Below are positions 17,126 to 26,229 of a stretch of 26,486 bases of DNA, piece by piece. Numbering within the stretch: the stretch's first letter is position 1; each line of letters starts with the position of its first letter. Both the position numbers and the translations under genes were made by a program. The notes under the pieces are model-generated. The model saw only the letters and a program-made list of their open reading frames with translations, did not search any database and was not told the origin of the DNA. Where the stretch lies: contig JAWXAY010000050.1 of NCBI GenBank assembly GCA_034439715.1, forward strand, positions 1 to 26,486, in the 5' to 3' direction. This DNA comes from Pseudomonadota bacterium. Its GTDB lineage: Bacteria; Bdellovibrionota; Bdellovibrionia; Bdellovibrionales; SG-bin7.

Positions 17126-19114
17126 TTGTTAACTCCCGCAGCAAGATATTATCTACGACTTACGTTAATACCATTGGCTTTGTTCAGCCTGCTGCGGATA
17201 ATTTTCTTTTTTGTATTTAAGACCGAGGCCCCTCTAAATTCAAAAGAAACATTTCTAGCATTTTGGCTGGGCCTGCGCTTTGATTTGCGCGTTGTCTTTA
17301 CACTTGCTCTTCCTAATTTAGTTTTTGGTGTTTGGGGCCCCTTAAGTTTGCGCTGGTCCCAATTTGGCAGAAAATTTTGGTGTGCCTACTGGGTATTTAG
17401 TATCACGTTTATTTTTACTTTTTACCTTTTCGACTTCACCTATTTCTCTTACCTTGGCGCACACATAAATGCGACAGCACTCCGATTTTTATTTGATTTT
17501 TCGACTTCCGCGTTGATGCTTTGGCAGTCCTATCCCCTTTTAAAAGGAATATTTTTGGTTTTTATCTTTGGCTGGATTTATAAAATGGTTTACTCGCACT
17601 ATATTTTAAAAGCCATCAAAGCAAATGTTGAAAATGTTTCTTTTGAACGTTCTTTCGCCAACGCGGCTCTATTGCCGATCATACTTATACTGGGAATTTG
17701 GGGTAAGATTTCTCAGTATCCGCTGCGCTGGAGCGATGCTTATTTTTCAAATCAGTCTCTGATTACAGCACTAGCGGTAAATCCAGTGCATTATTTTTTT
17801 GATACTCTAAAATACCGAAAAACCGAGTATAGCCTCGCCACCACACAACAATACTTTCCCCATGTGGCAAAATATTTGGGAGCAGAAAATAAGACGTCTA
17901 TGAAATTCAGTCAAACAGTCAAAGCGGCTGAGCGGGCCGCGCCCTCGATGAACGTAGTCATCATTGTGCTTGAATCAACTGCTGCCTATAAAACTGGTTT
18001 ATTTGGTAATCCCCTGAACCCCACTCCCGTTCTCGACTCCATCGCCAAAAAGGGCATTTTATTTAAAAACCATTATGTACCCTCAGAAGCCACAGCAAGA
18101 TCCATCTTTGGCCTTCTCACTGGAATTCCCGATGTGAATTCAGACTACACGTCGTCTCGTAATCCCCTAACTGCAAGTCAGAATCTTATTATTAATTCAT
18201 TTATTGACTACGAAAAATTTTATTTTATTGGCGGAAGCACTAGTTGGGGCAATATTCGGGGACTACTATCATATAATATTCCCGGCATAGAAATTATTGA
18301 GGAAGGCAAATTCAAATCGGCGCGCTCCGATGTTTGGGGCATTTCTGATCTTTCGCTTTTTAAGGAAGCCAATCTAAAATTAAAGGGGAATCGCGAGAAA
18401 CCATTTTTTGCAGTGATTCAAACTGCGGGGTTTCACCGGCCCTATACAATTCCGAGCGATCATTTGAAATTTGAAAAAAAGACTGTTGATGCGCAGAAAA
18501 TTAAAGATGCCGGATTTATTTCTCTAGAGGAATATAACTCACTTCGTTTTCAAGACTATAGCCTTGGACATTTTTTTGAGTTGGCTGCCAAGGAGGAGTA
18601 TTTTAAAAACACTTTATTTGTCATCACTGGCGACCATGGCTTGCCCGACAACGCCGCTAAACATTTAAAAAAGGGCACTGTGTATTTTGGCCTGACTCGT
18701 TGGCATGTGCCCCTGGTATTTTATTCGAGCCGACTTTTTGGCGAACCTAAGGTGATAGAAGACATGGCAAGCGAACTTGACATCATGACCACGGTGGCAA
18801 GTTTAACTGGTATAGATCACGTGAATACCACTTTAGGGAGAAATCTTTTTGCACCTACCCCGCCTCTACCATACGCTTTTATCTATACTTATTATGATAA
18901 CCCGCCAGGAGTAGGGCTTATAGATACTCAATATTACATGAAATGTGACTCGAGAAAGTGTCACGGCTTATTCGATTATACCTCTAATACGCCGGAACAA
19001 GACTTGACCCTCATGATGCCTGAAAGGGCCCTTGAAATGCAAAATTACGCTGTGGGCCTTTATGAAACCTCCAAGTACCTGCTCTACCACAATCCAAATC
19101 CCCTCGTAAAATAA
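17126..19114 (+). CDS. LTA-synthase-family / sulfatase-fold membrane transferase
   Basis: About 5 N-terminal TM helices with GLRFD; NVVIIVLES; catalytic-Thr region EATARS; HRPY; GDHG. Confidence 0.9.
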   Translation: MLTPAARYYLRLTLIPLALFSLLRIIFFFVFKTEAPLNSKETFLAFWLGLRFDLRVVFTLALPNLVFGVWGPLSLRWSQFGRKFWCAYWVFSITFIFTFYLFDFTYFSYLGAHINATALRFLFDFSTSALMLWQSYPLLKGIFLVFIFGWIYKMVYSHYILKAIKANVENVSFERSFANAALLPIILILGIWGKISQYPLRWSDAYFSNQSLITALAVNPVHYFFDTLKYRKTEYSLATTQQYFPHVAKYLGAENKTSMKFSQTVKAAERAAPSMNVVIIVLESTAAYKTGLFGNPLNPTPVLDSIAKKGILFKNHYVPSEATARSIFGLLTGIPDVNSDYTSSRNPLTASQNLIINSFIDYEKFYFIGGSTSWGNIRGLLSYNIPGIEIIEEGKFKSARSDVWGISDLSLFKEANLKLKGNREKPFFAVIQTAGFHRPYTIPSDHLKFEKKTVDAQKIKDAGFISLEEYNSLRFQDYSLGHFFELAAKEEYFKNTLFVITGDHGLPDNAAKHLKKGTVYFGLTRWHVPLVFYSSRLFGEPKVIEDMASELDIMTTVASLTGIDHVNTTLGRNLFAPTPPLPYAFIYTYYDNPPGVGLIDTQYYMKCDSRKCHGLFDYTSNTPEQDLTLMMPERALEMQNYAVGLYETSKYLLYHNPNPLVK

Positions 19115-19162
19115 AAGAGATACGCGACCTGGCACTTGGTCCGAAATTATTCACGAATCCTC

Positions 19163-19189
19163 TCATTTCATTACAAATTCCGCCGATAA
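19163..19189 (+). promoter_or_regulatory. Putative sigma28 promoter
   Basis: TCAT-N15-GCCGATAA (consensus -10 box) ending 7 nt before ATG 19197. Confidence 0.55.
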
Positions 19190-19196
19190 GAAAGAG

Positions 19197-19613
19197 ATGA
19201 GATTCTCAACAGCATTATTACGAGTTTCCCTTGTTTTGGTCTTACCTAGCCTCCTAGCCAAGAGCAACGCCAAAGAAAGTACCGACAGAAAACCCGCAAG
19301 CTTTCAATACACACTGACCAATTCAGAGTGGATTAAGCAGATGTCCTCCGAACTCCCTTTAGCATTTTGCGACAACCGAGAATATTTTGGTCAGTGTTTT
19401 GAAGTGGAACAAAAAAACTGCCAAAAAGCGGTAAGTCAGCTAACTAAAAATTGCCTCAAAGATTTAGAAGTTCCTAAAAGCGTTCGCCTGGCCACGGCAG
19501 GGCTAAAACTTGGTCACAAATTAGGTCGCTGTATTGGCGCACGCTATGAAAAAAATATGATTCAGAAAAAGAAAAAAGATTCTATTTGCGTGGAGCTCAA
19601 ACAATGGCTCTAG
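19197..19613 (+). CDS. Secreted Cys-rich hypothetical protein
   Basis: Signal peptide, RKPAS linker, 6 Cys. Confidence 0.75.
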   Translation: MRFSTALLRVSLVLVLPSLLAKSNAKESTDRKPASFQYTLTNSEWIKQMSSELPLAFCDNREYFGQCFEVEQKNCQKAVSQLTKNCLKDLEVPKSVRLATAGLKLGHKLGRCIGARYEKNMIQKKKKDSICVELKQWL

Positions 19614-20482
19614 TAAAATTACTTTTTATTCCACTAATAATTTCTTTTGGATTGGAAACTCTAAGCTACGCTTGCTCGCTAACCGAAGAGGACATGGTCG
19701 AATTGCGCCGATATATGCGCAGTAAGTGCGAGAGTGACCTAGTCGTATCCGAAGAACTCTTTGGTTTTCCGGACCTTGAGGGCGCAATCCGGGAGGCATC
19801 GACCCTTGGTGGGAATCTCGGTGCTGCCGCCAATAACGTAGTAATGGTGCGCAAGCTGCCCGAATCTCGAAGAGAGTTTTCTCGACTCGGAGCATTTGGA
19901 GGAAGGCTGCATATGGCGTCTATCGTTTCCGCTGGCTGCACAAAAGTAAAATTTAATAAAGACCTCGGAGATTTGGTAAAAATGGAGCTGCCGGATCAAA
20001 TGGAAGCGCTAAATATTGGTGGAAAATCAATTTGTAATTCCGCTGAAAAAAAGCTTACGGAATTTCGAGAGCCAGAGTTTACTGGGGAATGTTCAAATGA
20101 GAGCGTTTTGGCCTATCCAGAAAAAAAAATAGAGATTAACTTTTCAAGAAACCCTGCCCAGGCTACATTCAAAAGCAAAGGTGACCCCACAGCCGCCGGT
20201 GAAACTAGGCGTCCGATTACAGTAGATTATAAAAACATGCGAATAATTTACTCTCTTCCTTTTGTTGACCCCAATGGCAAGCTACTAGAGGTTTCAGCGG
20301 CACAAAAGAATTCCGTTGAAGAACAAATTAGAAGTAATTTAGAAGAATTTATTCAAATGCACGACTGCTGCACAGTAGGTCCAAAGTCACCCGAAGAAAA
20401 AAAAATCTGCAGTAGATTTAATTTAAAATATGTAACGCAGAAAGCGAAAAACAAATCCCCTGGCAAGCCAGGAGTAAAATAA
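19604..20482 (+). CDS. Secreted hypothetical protein
   Basis: GGAG SD, ATG 19604 overlapping the upstream stop; signal ending SYA|C; 8 Cys. Confidence 0.72.
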   Translation: MALVKLLFIPLIISFGLETLSYACSLTEEDMVELRRYMRSKCESDLVVSEELFGFPDLEGAIREASTLGGNLGAAANNVVMVRKLPESRREFSRLGAFGGRLHMASIVSAGCTKVKFNKDLGDLVKMELPDQMEALNIGGKSICNSAEKKLTEFREPEFTGECSNESVLAYPEKKIEINFSRNPAQATFKSKGDPTAAGETRRPITVDYKNMRIIYSLPFVDPNGKLLEVSAAQKNSVEEQIRSNLEEFIQMHDCCTVGPKSPEEKKICSRFNLKYVTQKAKNKSPGKPGVK

Positions 20483-20483
20483 A

Positions 20484-21368
20484 TTAATACCCCGGATATC
20501 GTCCCAGTGAGTAGCCGCTCACCATGTTTTCTTGCATACGGGGTACAATCAGCAACTTTGCAGCCGACACATAGGCGATGTCTGCGGAGCCTTTAAAGCC
20601 GTGAAGTAAAACATCAACTTTACCGTTAGGCCTAACTCGAAAAATCTTGCCACTCACCCAGTCAGACACTAAATAATTACCGGCGTTATCTACCTCAAGT
20701 CCATCCAGATTACCTAAAGGCTTTTGTGTAATTTTAGTAATGCGTTTGCTGGTAAGCCCAATCGAATAAAGGTTTCCCACATTTTTACCCGACCAATCCT
20801 GAGTAAAACCCCAAGCAGCTGCTACCAGCTGATTTCCTAAGACCAATAGGCCATTTGGAGACTCTAGATTTTTTCCTTCTATAAATACCGAAACTTTGTC
20901 GTTTTCAATCCGATAGATTCGTGACGTTAACGTGTCAGAAACATAAATTCGGCCTTGATTATCAATCGCCAGATCATTCAAAAACTTTGCTCCATTAATT
21001 GCTATCGTGGTTTCTATTTTTTGTTCAGCAATATTTATTTTTACAACCTGATCGATATCGGTAACCCACAAAATACCTTTGTGAGACCGCATTCCTTTGG
21101 GGGCATTTAAGCCAGTAATCCACTGAGGATTAATTACCTTACCATTCTTATCGGCCTTCAATATAAAGCCATTTCCGTCTTTTTCATCAGGCTTACCAGC
21201 TACATTAGAAATAAAAATCGCATTTGAACCGATGTCAAAGAAGACGCTCTCGGGTGTGTCGATCCCCTCTTTAATCGTCCATAATGATTTATAGGGGGAT
21301 TTATCGTTTTCTTTTGAAATATCAATTGAAGCTGAAGCTATCAAAGTTAAGGCCAGTAAATAAATCAT
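20484..21368 (-). CDS. Secreted beta-propeller, SMP-30/gluconolactonase-like
   Basis: TPESV, NAPKGM, FLNDLA, SPNGL, NLDGL and SADI blade motifs; GGAG SD. Confidence 0.85.
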   Translation of the reverse strand: MIYLLALTLIASASIDISKENDKSPYKSLWTIKEGIDTPESVFFDIGSNAIFISNVAGKPDEKDGNGFILKADKNGKVINPQWITGLNAPKGMRSHKGILWVTDIDQVVKINIAEQKIETTIAINGAKFLNDLAIDNQGRIYVSDTLTSRIYRIENDKVSVFIEGKNLESPNGLLVLGNQLVAAAWGFTQDWSGKNVGNLYSIGLTSKRITKITQKPLGNLDGLEVDNAGNYLVSDWVSGKIFRVRPNGKVDVLLHGFKGSADIAYVSAAKLLIVPRMQENMVSGYSLGRYPGY

Positions 21369-21426
21369 GTCACACTCCCAGTTGAGAATATGATACTAGC
21401 GCGCTTTGTTTTATTTGCAAGACGGA

Positions 21427-21825
21427 TTAGGCTGCTTGTTTTTTACTGACTGCTTTGGCGTTGAGCTGGATTAAAGCGTCGCGAAGATTGTTGTGGATTT
21501 CTGCAAAACGAATGACTCCACTTTTGGTGAGCTCTTCACGGAGAAAGGGGCTCAAGCCACAGATGCCCAATTCAGGTGCTTTTTTTCTTAATAATCGTTG
21601 TAGATTGGCCAAAAATTGAAGGCCGTGACTTTCAATTATCGTAACTTCTCTAAAGCTAATAACAGCTACGACAAAATCTAATTTTGAGACTTCATTTAAG
21701 CATAGGTCATACTGAGCTTGCCCGCCACCAGACAAGGGACCAACTAGAGTAATCGCCAAGAGTTTATTCTTCTCCGCGATTAAATAGTTAAAGCCTGCAA
21801 TGGAATCTTTTGGAGCGTTTTCCAA
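21427..21825 (-). CDS. STAS-domain protein (anti-sigma factor antagonist-like)
   Basis: VISFREVTIIESHGL resembles the STAS xDSxGL motif; ICGLSPFLREELTKSG; GAGG SD with TTG start. Confidence 0.75.
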   Translation of the reverse strand: MENAPKDSIAGFNYLIAEKNKLLAITLVGPLSGGGQAQYDLCLNEVSKLDFVVAVISFREVTIIESHGLQFLANLQRLLRKKAPELGICGLSPFLREELTKSGVIRFAEIHNNLRDALIQLNAKAVSKKQAA

Positions 21826-21835
21826 TCTACGTACC

Positions 21836-21862
21836 TCTTCGACTATTTTACCATTTTATTTA
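21836..21862 (-). promoter_or_regulatory. Putative sigma28 promoter
   Basis: Minus strand TAAA-N15-GTCGAAGA just upstream of the STAS gene. Confidence 0.45.
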
Positions 21863-21892
21863 GCAATGCTTAAGATAAAACTCCGAAGTCTC

Positions 21893-22660
21893 TTACTGAG
21901 ACATCATAGAGCCATTATTGATATCAATGGCCTGTCCCGTAATAGAACGCTGAACGGGCGAGACCAAATATTCGACTAGAGCGGCAATTTCTTCGGGCTC
22001 ACTCCATTTAGCGAGCGGCTGAAGCTCCATTTGTTCTTTATAAATTTGCTCAAATGGCTTATTCATAGCGCTCCCCAAAAAATCCAGCCCCTCCTTTGCC
22101 ATTTTTGTGTTTACCCACCCTGGGCAAATAGCATTCACCAAAATATTATCTTTAGCCCAATCAAGTGCTAACACGCGAGTAAGTCCTAAAATTCCCGTTT
22201 TGGAGGCACAATAGGCGGAATAAGATGGCACGCCCATTTTACCGAGTACCGACGAGACAAATATCATGTGTTTATAAGGTACATTTGATTTCTTGAGCGC
22301 CGCTAAACACTCGTGGGCTAAAATGTAAGGACCCGTGAGATTCGTCCTAATGATTTCATCCCAACGGTCTGTGGCACCGTAAATATTTACCCCACCTATT
22401 CCCGCATTGGCAATAACCCCCATGAGGTTGCTTTCCAGTAAACCATTTGCTCTAAATTTTTCTCGCAATAATTTGGCATCAGAAGTATCACACGCAATCA
22501 CGGTATGCTCTAAACCCGGAGGCAATAAGTTTTTTGTTTCTTCAAGATTCTCGCGATTTCGCCCTAATAAAAAGACTCGTGCACCAAAAGCATGGGCCAA
22601 CCTAATAGCCATCGCACGCCCAATGCCACTCCCTGCGCCTGAAATTACAAATGACTTCAT
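21893..22660 (-). CDS. Short-chain dehydrogenase/reductase
   Basis: SGAGSGIG, NAG, catalytic YCASK, NAICPGWVNT. Confidence 0.95.
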   Translation of the reverse strand: MKSFVISGAGSGIGRAMAIRLAHAFGARVFLLGRNRENLEETKNLLPPGLEHTVIACDTSDAKLLREKFRANGLLESNLMGVIANAGIGGVNIYGATDRWDEIIRTNLTGPYILAHECLAALKKSNVPYKHMIFVSSVLGKMGVPSYSAYCASKTGILGLTRVLALDWAKDNILVNAICPGWVNTKMAKEGLDFLGSAMNKPFEQIYKEQMELQPLAKWSEPEEIAALVEYLVSPVQRSITGQAIDINNGSMMSQ

Positions 22661-23253
22661 TTAAGTTTACCAAGTTGTGAAAGTTCATTACCCATAAGCT
22701 TTACCTCACCTTCAATCAAAGTTTTTCGCCTATTGAGATTATTGATCTCTCCAGTCAAACCAGCTTCATTTCCAGTTGGCACTGTCCACTCTTCAAAATC
22801 TTTTCGGTTAGCATCTTCCAGTAGTTTTTTCTTAAAATCAATATCTTCGCCGATAGTATGTAGAAGCCGTCTTTTTTCATGGATTTCTTGATTCAAAAAA
22901 GCCTTTCGTCCCAGATAATATTTTTCTAAAAAGGCCGCACGCTTTGTCAAATCACAAATTTCACGATATTCGAGTCCCTGTAGTCCATACTGGTATCCAT
23001 GATCTGGTCGGCAAAATAGTTTAAGGCCATAAGAATATCCTTGATAATATTTTGTCCTATCTGCCGTAATACCTTCTTTCAAACACTGACCAAAAAATTC
23101 TTCTTGGGTTTCTTTTGCGCGGCCGTCTAAGGCTACTTGTACACCACGCTGATACCATTTCATGTCCTCACAGAGCACTTTAGTTTGAGTGCTACACGCC
23201 GACAATATTATGATATTTAGTCCCAATAAAAAAAAGCTAAGTAAAGCCTTCAT
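22657..23253 (-). CDS. DUF2799-like lipoprotein
   Basis: LSAC lipobox; C..W..G..DG...Y..GY..GL..FC....GY..G..G..Y...C pattern; coiled-coil tail. Confidence 0.78.
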   Translation of the reverse strand: MKALLSFFLLGLNIIILSACSTQTKVLCEDMKWYQRGVQVALDGRAKETQEEFFGQCLKEGITADRTKYYQGYSYGLKLFCRPDHGYQYGLQGLEYREICDLTKRAAFLEKYYLGRKAFLNQEIHEKRRLLHTIGEDIDFKKKLLEDANRKDFEEWTVPTGNEAGLTGEINNLNRRKTLIEGEVKLMGNELSQLGKLK

Positions 23254-23268
23254 GTTTTTAATCCTAAT

Positions 23269-23643
23269 TTATAACTTCTTTTTCGCAATAACTTGCTCTA
23301 CAATATTAATTAAATTCTGCCATTTTATAGGTTTATGTAAAACTGCATGGGCTTTTTTTACGATGTCGGCATCTTCCTCTCCCATATAACCCGTTAAAAC
23401 AACTATTTTCGGCCTGTGCTTCTCCAGCCTTTCAACGCCCTCAATGATGAATTTTCCATCTCCATTGTTCATTCTTAGATCTGTAATTACGAGATCAATT
23501 TTATTTTCCGCGATAATTTTTAGTGCTTCATGCCCATTTTTAGCAGTCAAAACTCGGCATTCGGCTAATTTAAGTTCCTCAGATATGAGCTCTCTCAGAT
23601 CCTCCTCATCATCGACCACTAAAACTACCTTACCTTTAAGCAA
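23269..23643 (-). CDS. Single-domain response regulator (receiver)
   Basis: VVDDE, phospho-Asp ITDLRM, LTG, KP; GAGG SD with TTG 23643. Confidence 0.92.
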   Translation of the reverse strand: MLKGKVVLVVDDEEDLRELISEELKLAECRVLTAKNGHEALKIIAENKIDLVITDLRMNNGDGKFIIEGVERLEKHRPKIVVLTGYMGEEDADIVKKAHAVLHKPIKWQNLINIVEQVIAKKKL

Positions 23644-23645
23644 TG

Positions 23646-24326
23646 CTACCTCTTTTTGTGGGACTTCTGCCAACAACTCGCCAAATTTACTCGCTCCAAT
23701 GACTTTTTAGAGGCCATAAAAGTTTGCGCGGCATTGGGCTCGAGTTTATTTGCCCACTCAGAATTATCAAAAAAGGCAATGGCTGAAGGAATTCCAGCAA
23801 GAGCCTCAACAAAGGTTAATTCCACCATATCACTTAGTGGCAATTGAATTCGAGTAAATTTGCTGCGAAGTTTTTTGTCTATTTGACGAACGATATCCGG
23901 CGTTTTGCTTTTAGGCCGCTGGAGAACACAGACGGCTTGGCTTCTTTCACAACCCGCATTTGTACAGCCGACACCTGATTTTAAAAATGGTTGCAAGCGC
24001 CCTCCCACCCAAATGAGCTCTTCAAAAACTATTCCATTTTTTGCTTCATTACCCACCCAAAAATTATCTAGTGCTCCTACTGAAAAAATCTTTGCCGGCT
24101 TTTGCTCAAACACTTCTGAGTAAACTGTAAAATCACTTAATTGGCGCTTGCCCTTGGGCGACTTTGCACCAATCTCTTCAAAACCACAGACGAAAACTTT
24201 GGCCTTTCCATTATAGATGTGTGAAACTTTCGCTTCGACTTCGTCGGAACCGGGACAGACTTGCCCCCAGGTGGATAATGAAAAAACAAATGTGAATATT
24301 AGACTAAGGGATTTTAGTATTTTCAT
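23646..24326 (-). CDS. Secreted hypothetical protein
   Basis: Sec signal MKILKSLSLIFTFVFSLSTWG; 6 Cys; co-directional with the receiver gene. Confidence 0.72.
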   Translation of the reverse strand: MKILKSLSLIFTFVFSLSTWGQVCPGSDEVEAKVSHIYNGKAKVFVCGFEEIGAKSPKGKRQLSDFTVYSEVFEQKPAKIFSVGALDNFWVGNEAKNGIVFEELIWVGGRLQPFLKSGVGCTNAGCERSQAVCVLQRPKSKTPDIVRQIDKKLRSKFTRIQLPLSDMVELTFVEALAGIPSAIAFFDNSEWANKLEPNAAQTFMASKKSLERVNLASCWQKSHKKR

Positions 24327-24453
24327 AATATTTCGATGCCTTTATTATCCGCTCAAAATAACAAAATTCGCTATCAATATTCGGATCTTGTGACAGTTTT
24401 GGACCTATTCCTAAGCCTATTAAGATTTAGAATTAATACAACGCCTTTGGCAT

Positions 24454-24469
24454 TGGCAGATCTATTGCA
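24454..24469 (+). promoter_or_regulatory. Putative sigma54 promoter
   Basis: TGGCAGA-TCTA-TTGCA, 40 nt upstream of GTG 24510. Confidence 0.65.
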
Positions 24470-24509
24470 ATTGCGAGTAGCACCTAGGTATTTTATGGAG
24501 GATAGTTTT

Positions 24510-25163
24510 GTGTTAAATCGATTAGGGCTCATAATAGTGATTTTAAACTTCGGGATAAGTTCTCAGGCTCAAAACTATGGCGTTATACCAAATGGACTTT
24601 CGCATCCCCAGCAGGAACAGCTTAACTCAGTTGCTGGAAGTCTTGAAGAAGGTTTGGGGCAAACACTTACGAATGACGAACTTCGAGAATTGGCAGTGGC
24701 TGTGGCGCTAGCTGATCTAGAAAATCCCAACCTAGTACGCATCGGTAAAAAGGGAGATAGAAAGTCGCTTAATGTTTTATTCTGCTATTGGCTTAACTTC
24801 GCCTACGGACTTAGCTCTAAAAGTGGCGGCATTTGTGCAGATGTTTGGGGCAATCAATATACGGTCCAATCCTCGGGTATAGGATTTCATTTTGGACTCT
24901 CAGGTCGCCTCACAACGATTTTATATACGGGCGCCTCTAAAATGGACGTCACTGGCACTTATAAGTACGGAATCATGGCCGAAGGAGCATCTGCCTTTGT
25001 TGGCGGTCATGTTGGTTACTTTCAAAATAGTTTTGGAACCCAAAATCTCATCTTAATTGGTTGGTCTCACGGACTTATCCTAGGCGCGTCTGGGAACATC
25101 GGGTCTAGGAACATCGGGCCGAGCGAAGGCTTAGGTCTCGCAATTAAACAACTGAAAAAATAA
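24510..25163 (+). CDS. Secreted hypothetical protein with Gly-rich beta-strand C-terminal domain
   Basis: GGAGG SD before GTG 24510 gives signal peptide MLNRLGLIIVILNFGISSQA; the upstream ORF extension contains the promoter. Confidence 0.72.
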   Translation: MLNRLGLIIVILNFGISSQAQNYGVIPNGLSHPQQEQLNSVAGSLEEGLGQTLTNDELRELAVAVALADLENPNLVRIGKKGDRKSLNVLFCYWLNFAYGLSSKSGGICADVWGNQYTVQSSGIGFHFGLSGRLTTILYTGASKMDVTGTYKYGIMAEGASAFVGGHVGYFQNSFGTQNLILIGWSHGLILGASGNIGSRNIGPSEGLGLAIKQLKK

Positions 25164-25236
25164 AAACAACCGCCCCCCATTGAGTGAAGGCGGCATTCCA
25201 TCTAATTGTGCTTGATTTTTGTATTAGGTAAAAGAA

Positions 25237-25434
25237 TTAGTCGTTTTTGACTTTAACTTTTACAGCGCAAGGACCTTTTTTTCCTTGGCCGACTTCAAAT
25301 TCTACTTTGTCGCCATCGTGGGGTTGATCGCCTTGAATTTCCGAAATATGGAAAAACAGATCAGCTCCATCATCAGGAGTAATAAAACCAAAACCTTTGC
25401 CTGCATTAAAAAACTTTACGGTACCTGTACTCAT
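25237..25434 (-). CDS. Cold-shock domain protein
   Basis: GTVKFFN, RNP1 KGFGFI, RNP2 LFFHIS; GAGG SD. Confidence 0.96.
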   Translation of the reverse strand: MSTGTVKFFNAGKGFGFITPDDGADLFFHISEIQGDQPHDGDKVEFEVGQGKKGPCAVKVKVKND

Positions 25435-25505
25435 TGTAATAACCTCTTTTATTTAGTGTTCTATAACATTAGTAACACAATATTGGGCCTATGGAAAAGG
25501 AAATT

Positions 25506-25582
25506 TGGTAGCGGGAGAGGGAATCGAACCCCCGACACGCGGATTATGATTCCGCTGCTCTAACCAACTGAGCTACCCCGCT
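25506..25582 (-). tRNA. tRNA-Met (CAT), elongator type
   Basis: 77-nt cloverleaf AGCGGGG...TCCCGCT-A-CCA; anticodon arm GCGGA-ATCATAA-TCCGC; TTCGA T-loop; A1-U72 paired and no GGG/CCC run, so not initiator. Ile2 not formally excluded. Confidence 0.93.
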
Positions 25583-25692
25583 AATATTAAACCGATTTGG
25601 GCATACTTTTTTTAAGTGCCCGTTTCATTTGTGTCAACCAATCATGCGGAGTAGGGATTGACTTATTATTTGATTCTAGGCCTAAATTAAGA

Positions 25693-26229
25693 ATGAGATT
25701 TGATAAACTAAACTTTGATTGGAACAGATTATTTAGCTTGCTTTTTGTGCTGCTTTTTTCGGGATGCACAACCCTTGGTATTGATTCTGAAGAAATAAAA
25801 GACGCTGGCCCCCAAACTGCAGTTTTAGAAGCGCCTTTTGACAAGGTGTGGCGAGCAGCACAACTCGCCCTCGCAAAATATCCTATAAAAGTTAACAATA
25901 TGGACTCTGCGATTCTTGAAACTGACTACATTAAGTTCGAAAAGCTCTGGCGCGCTCCCTATCAAAAAACAGACCCACCTTCTGGCGAAAGACAATTGCT
26001 TTCGATTCGAATGATTCGTGGCGCATACGAGGACCGAAATGAGGCCGTAAAGGTCATAGTCACCAAAATTATAGAACTCGCACCTGATTTTATTTCCCAG
26101 CCTAAACGAAAAATCAGCGACGGAATCGAAGAGCGGCTTATTTTATATCGAATTTCTCGGGAACTAGCGATTGAAAAGGCATTGGTCAAAGCCAATGAAA
26201 AAGAGACACAAGAAAAGAGCAAGAATTAA
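25693..26229 (+). CDS. Hypothetical lipoprotein (BamC/DUF3568-like helix-grip pattern)
   Basis: LFSGC lipobox; APFDKVWRAAQLAL...ILETD pattern; ATG 25693. Confidence 0.72.
   Translation: MRFDKLNFDWNRLFSLLFVLLFSGCTTLGIDSEEIKDAGPQTAVLEAPFDKVWRAAQLALAKYPIKVNNMDSAILETDYIKFEKLWRAPYQKTDPPSGERQLLSIRMIRGAYEDRNEAVKVIVTKIIELAPDFISQPKRKISDGIEERLILYRISRELAIEKALVKANEKETQEKSKN

Noticed and set aside
24336..24509. 58-aa N-terminal extension of the 24336 ORF
   Set aside because: It contains the sigma54-like box and the SD; the signal peptide begins at 24510.
25170..25195. Terminator between the 25163 gene and the cold-shock gene
   Set aside because: The CCGCC/GGCGG stem is short and mismatched; plausible but too weak to call.
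25285..25563. 92-aa plus-strand ORF
   Set aside because: Antisense to the cold-shock gene and tRNA.
25506..25582. tRNA as an integration site, or as initiator tRNA
   Set aside because: No integrase or duplicated tRNA 3' end in the window; initiator determinants are absent.
1233..26222. Remaining short nested or antisense ORFs in the track (e.g. 3990-4403, 7310-7675, 16524-16838, 19626-19999, 25587-25898)
   Set aside because: They overlap well-supported genes and have no motifs or convincing SD sequences.
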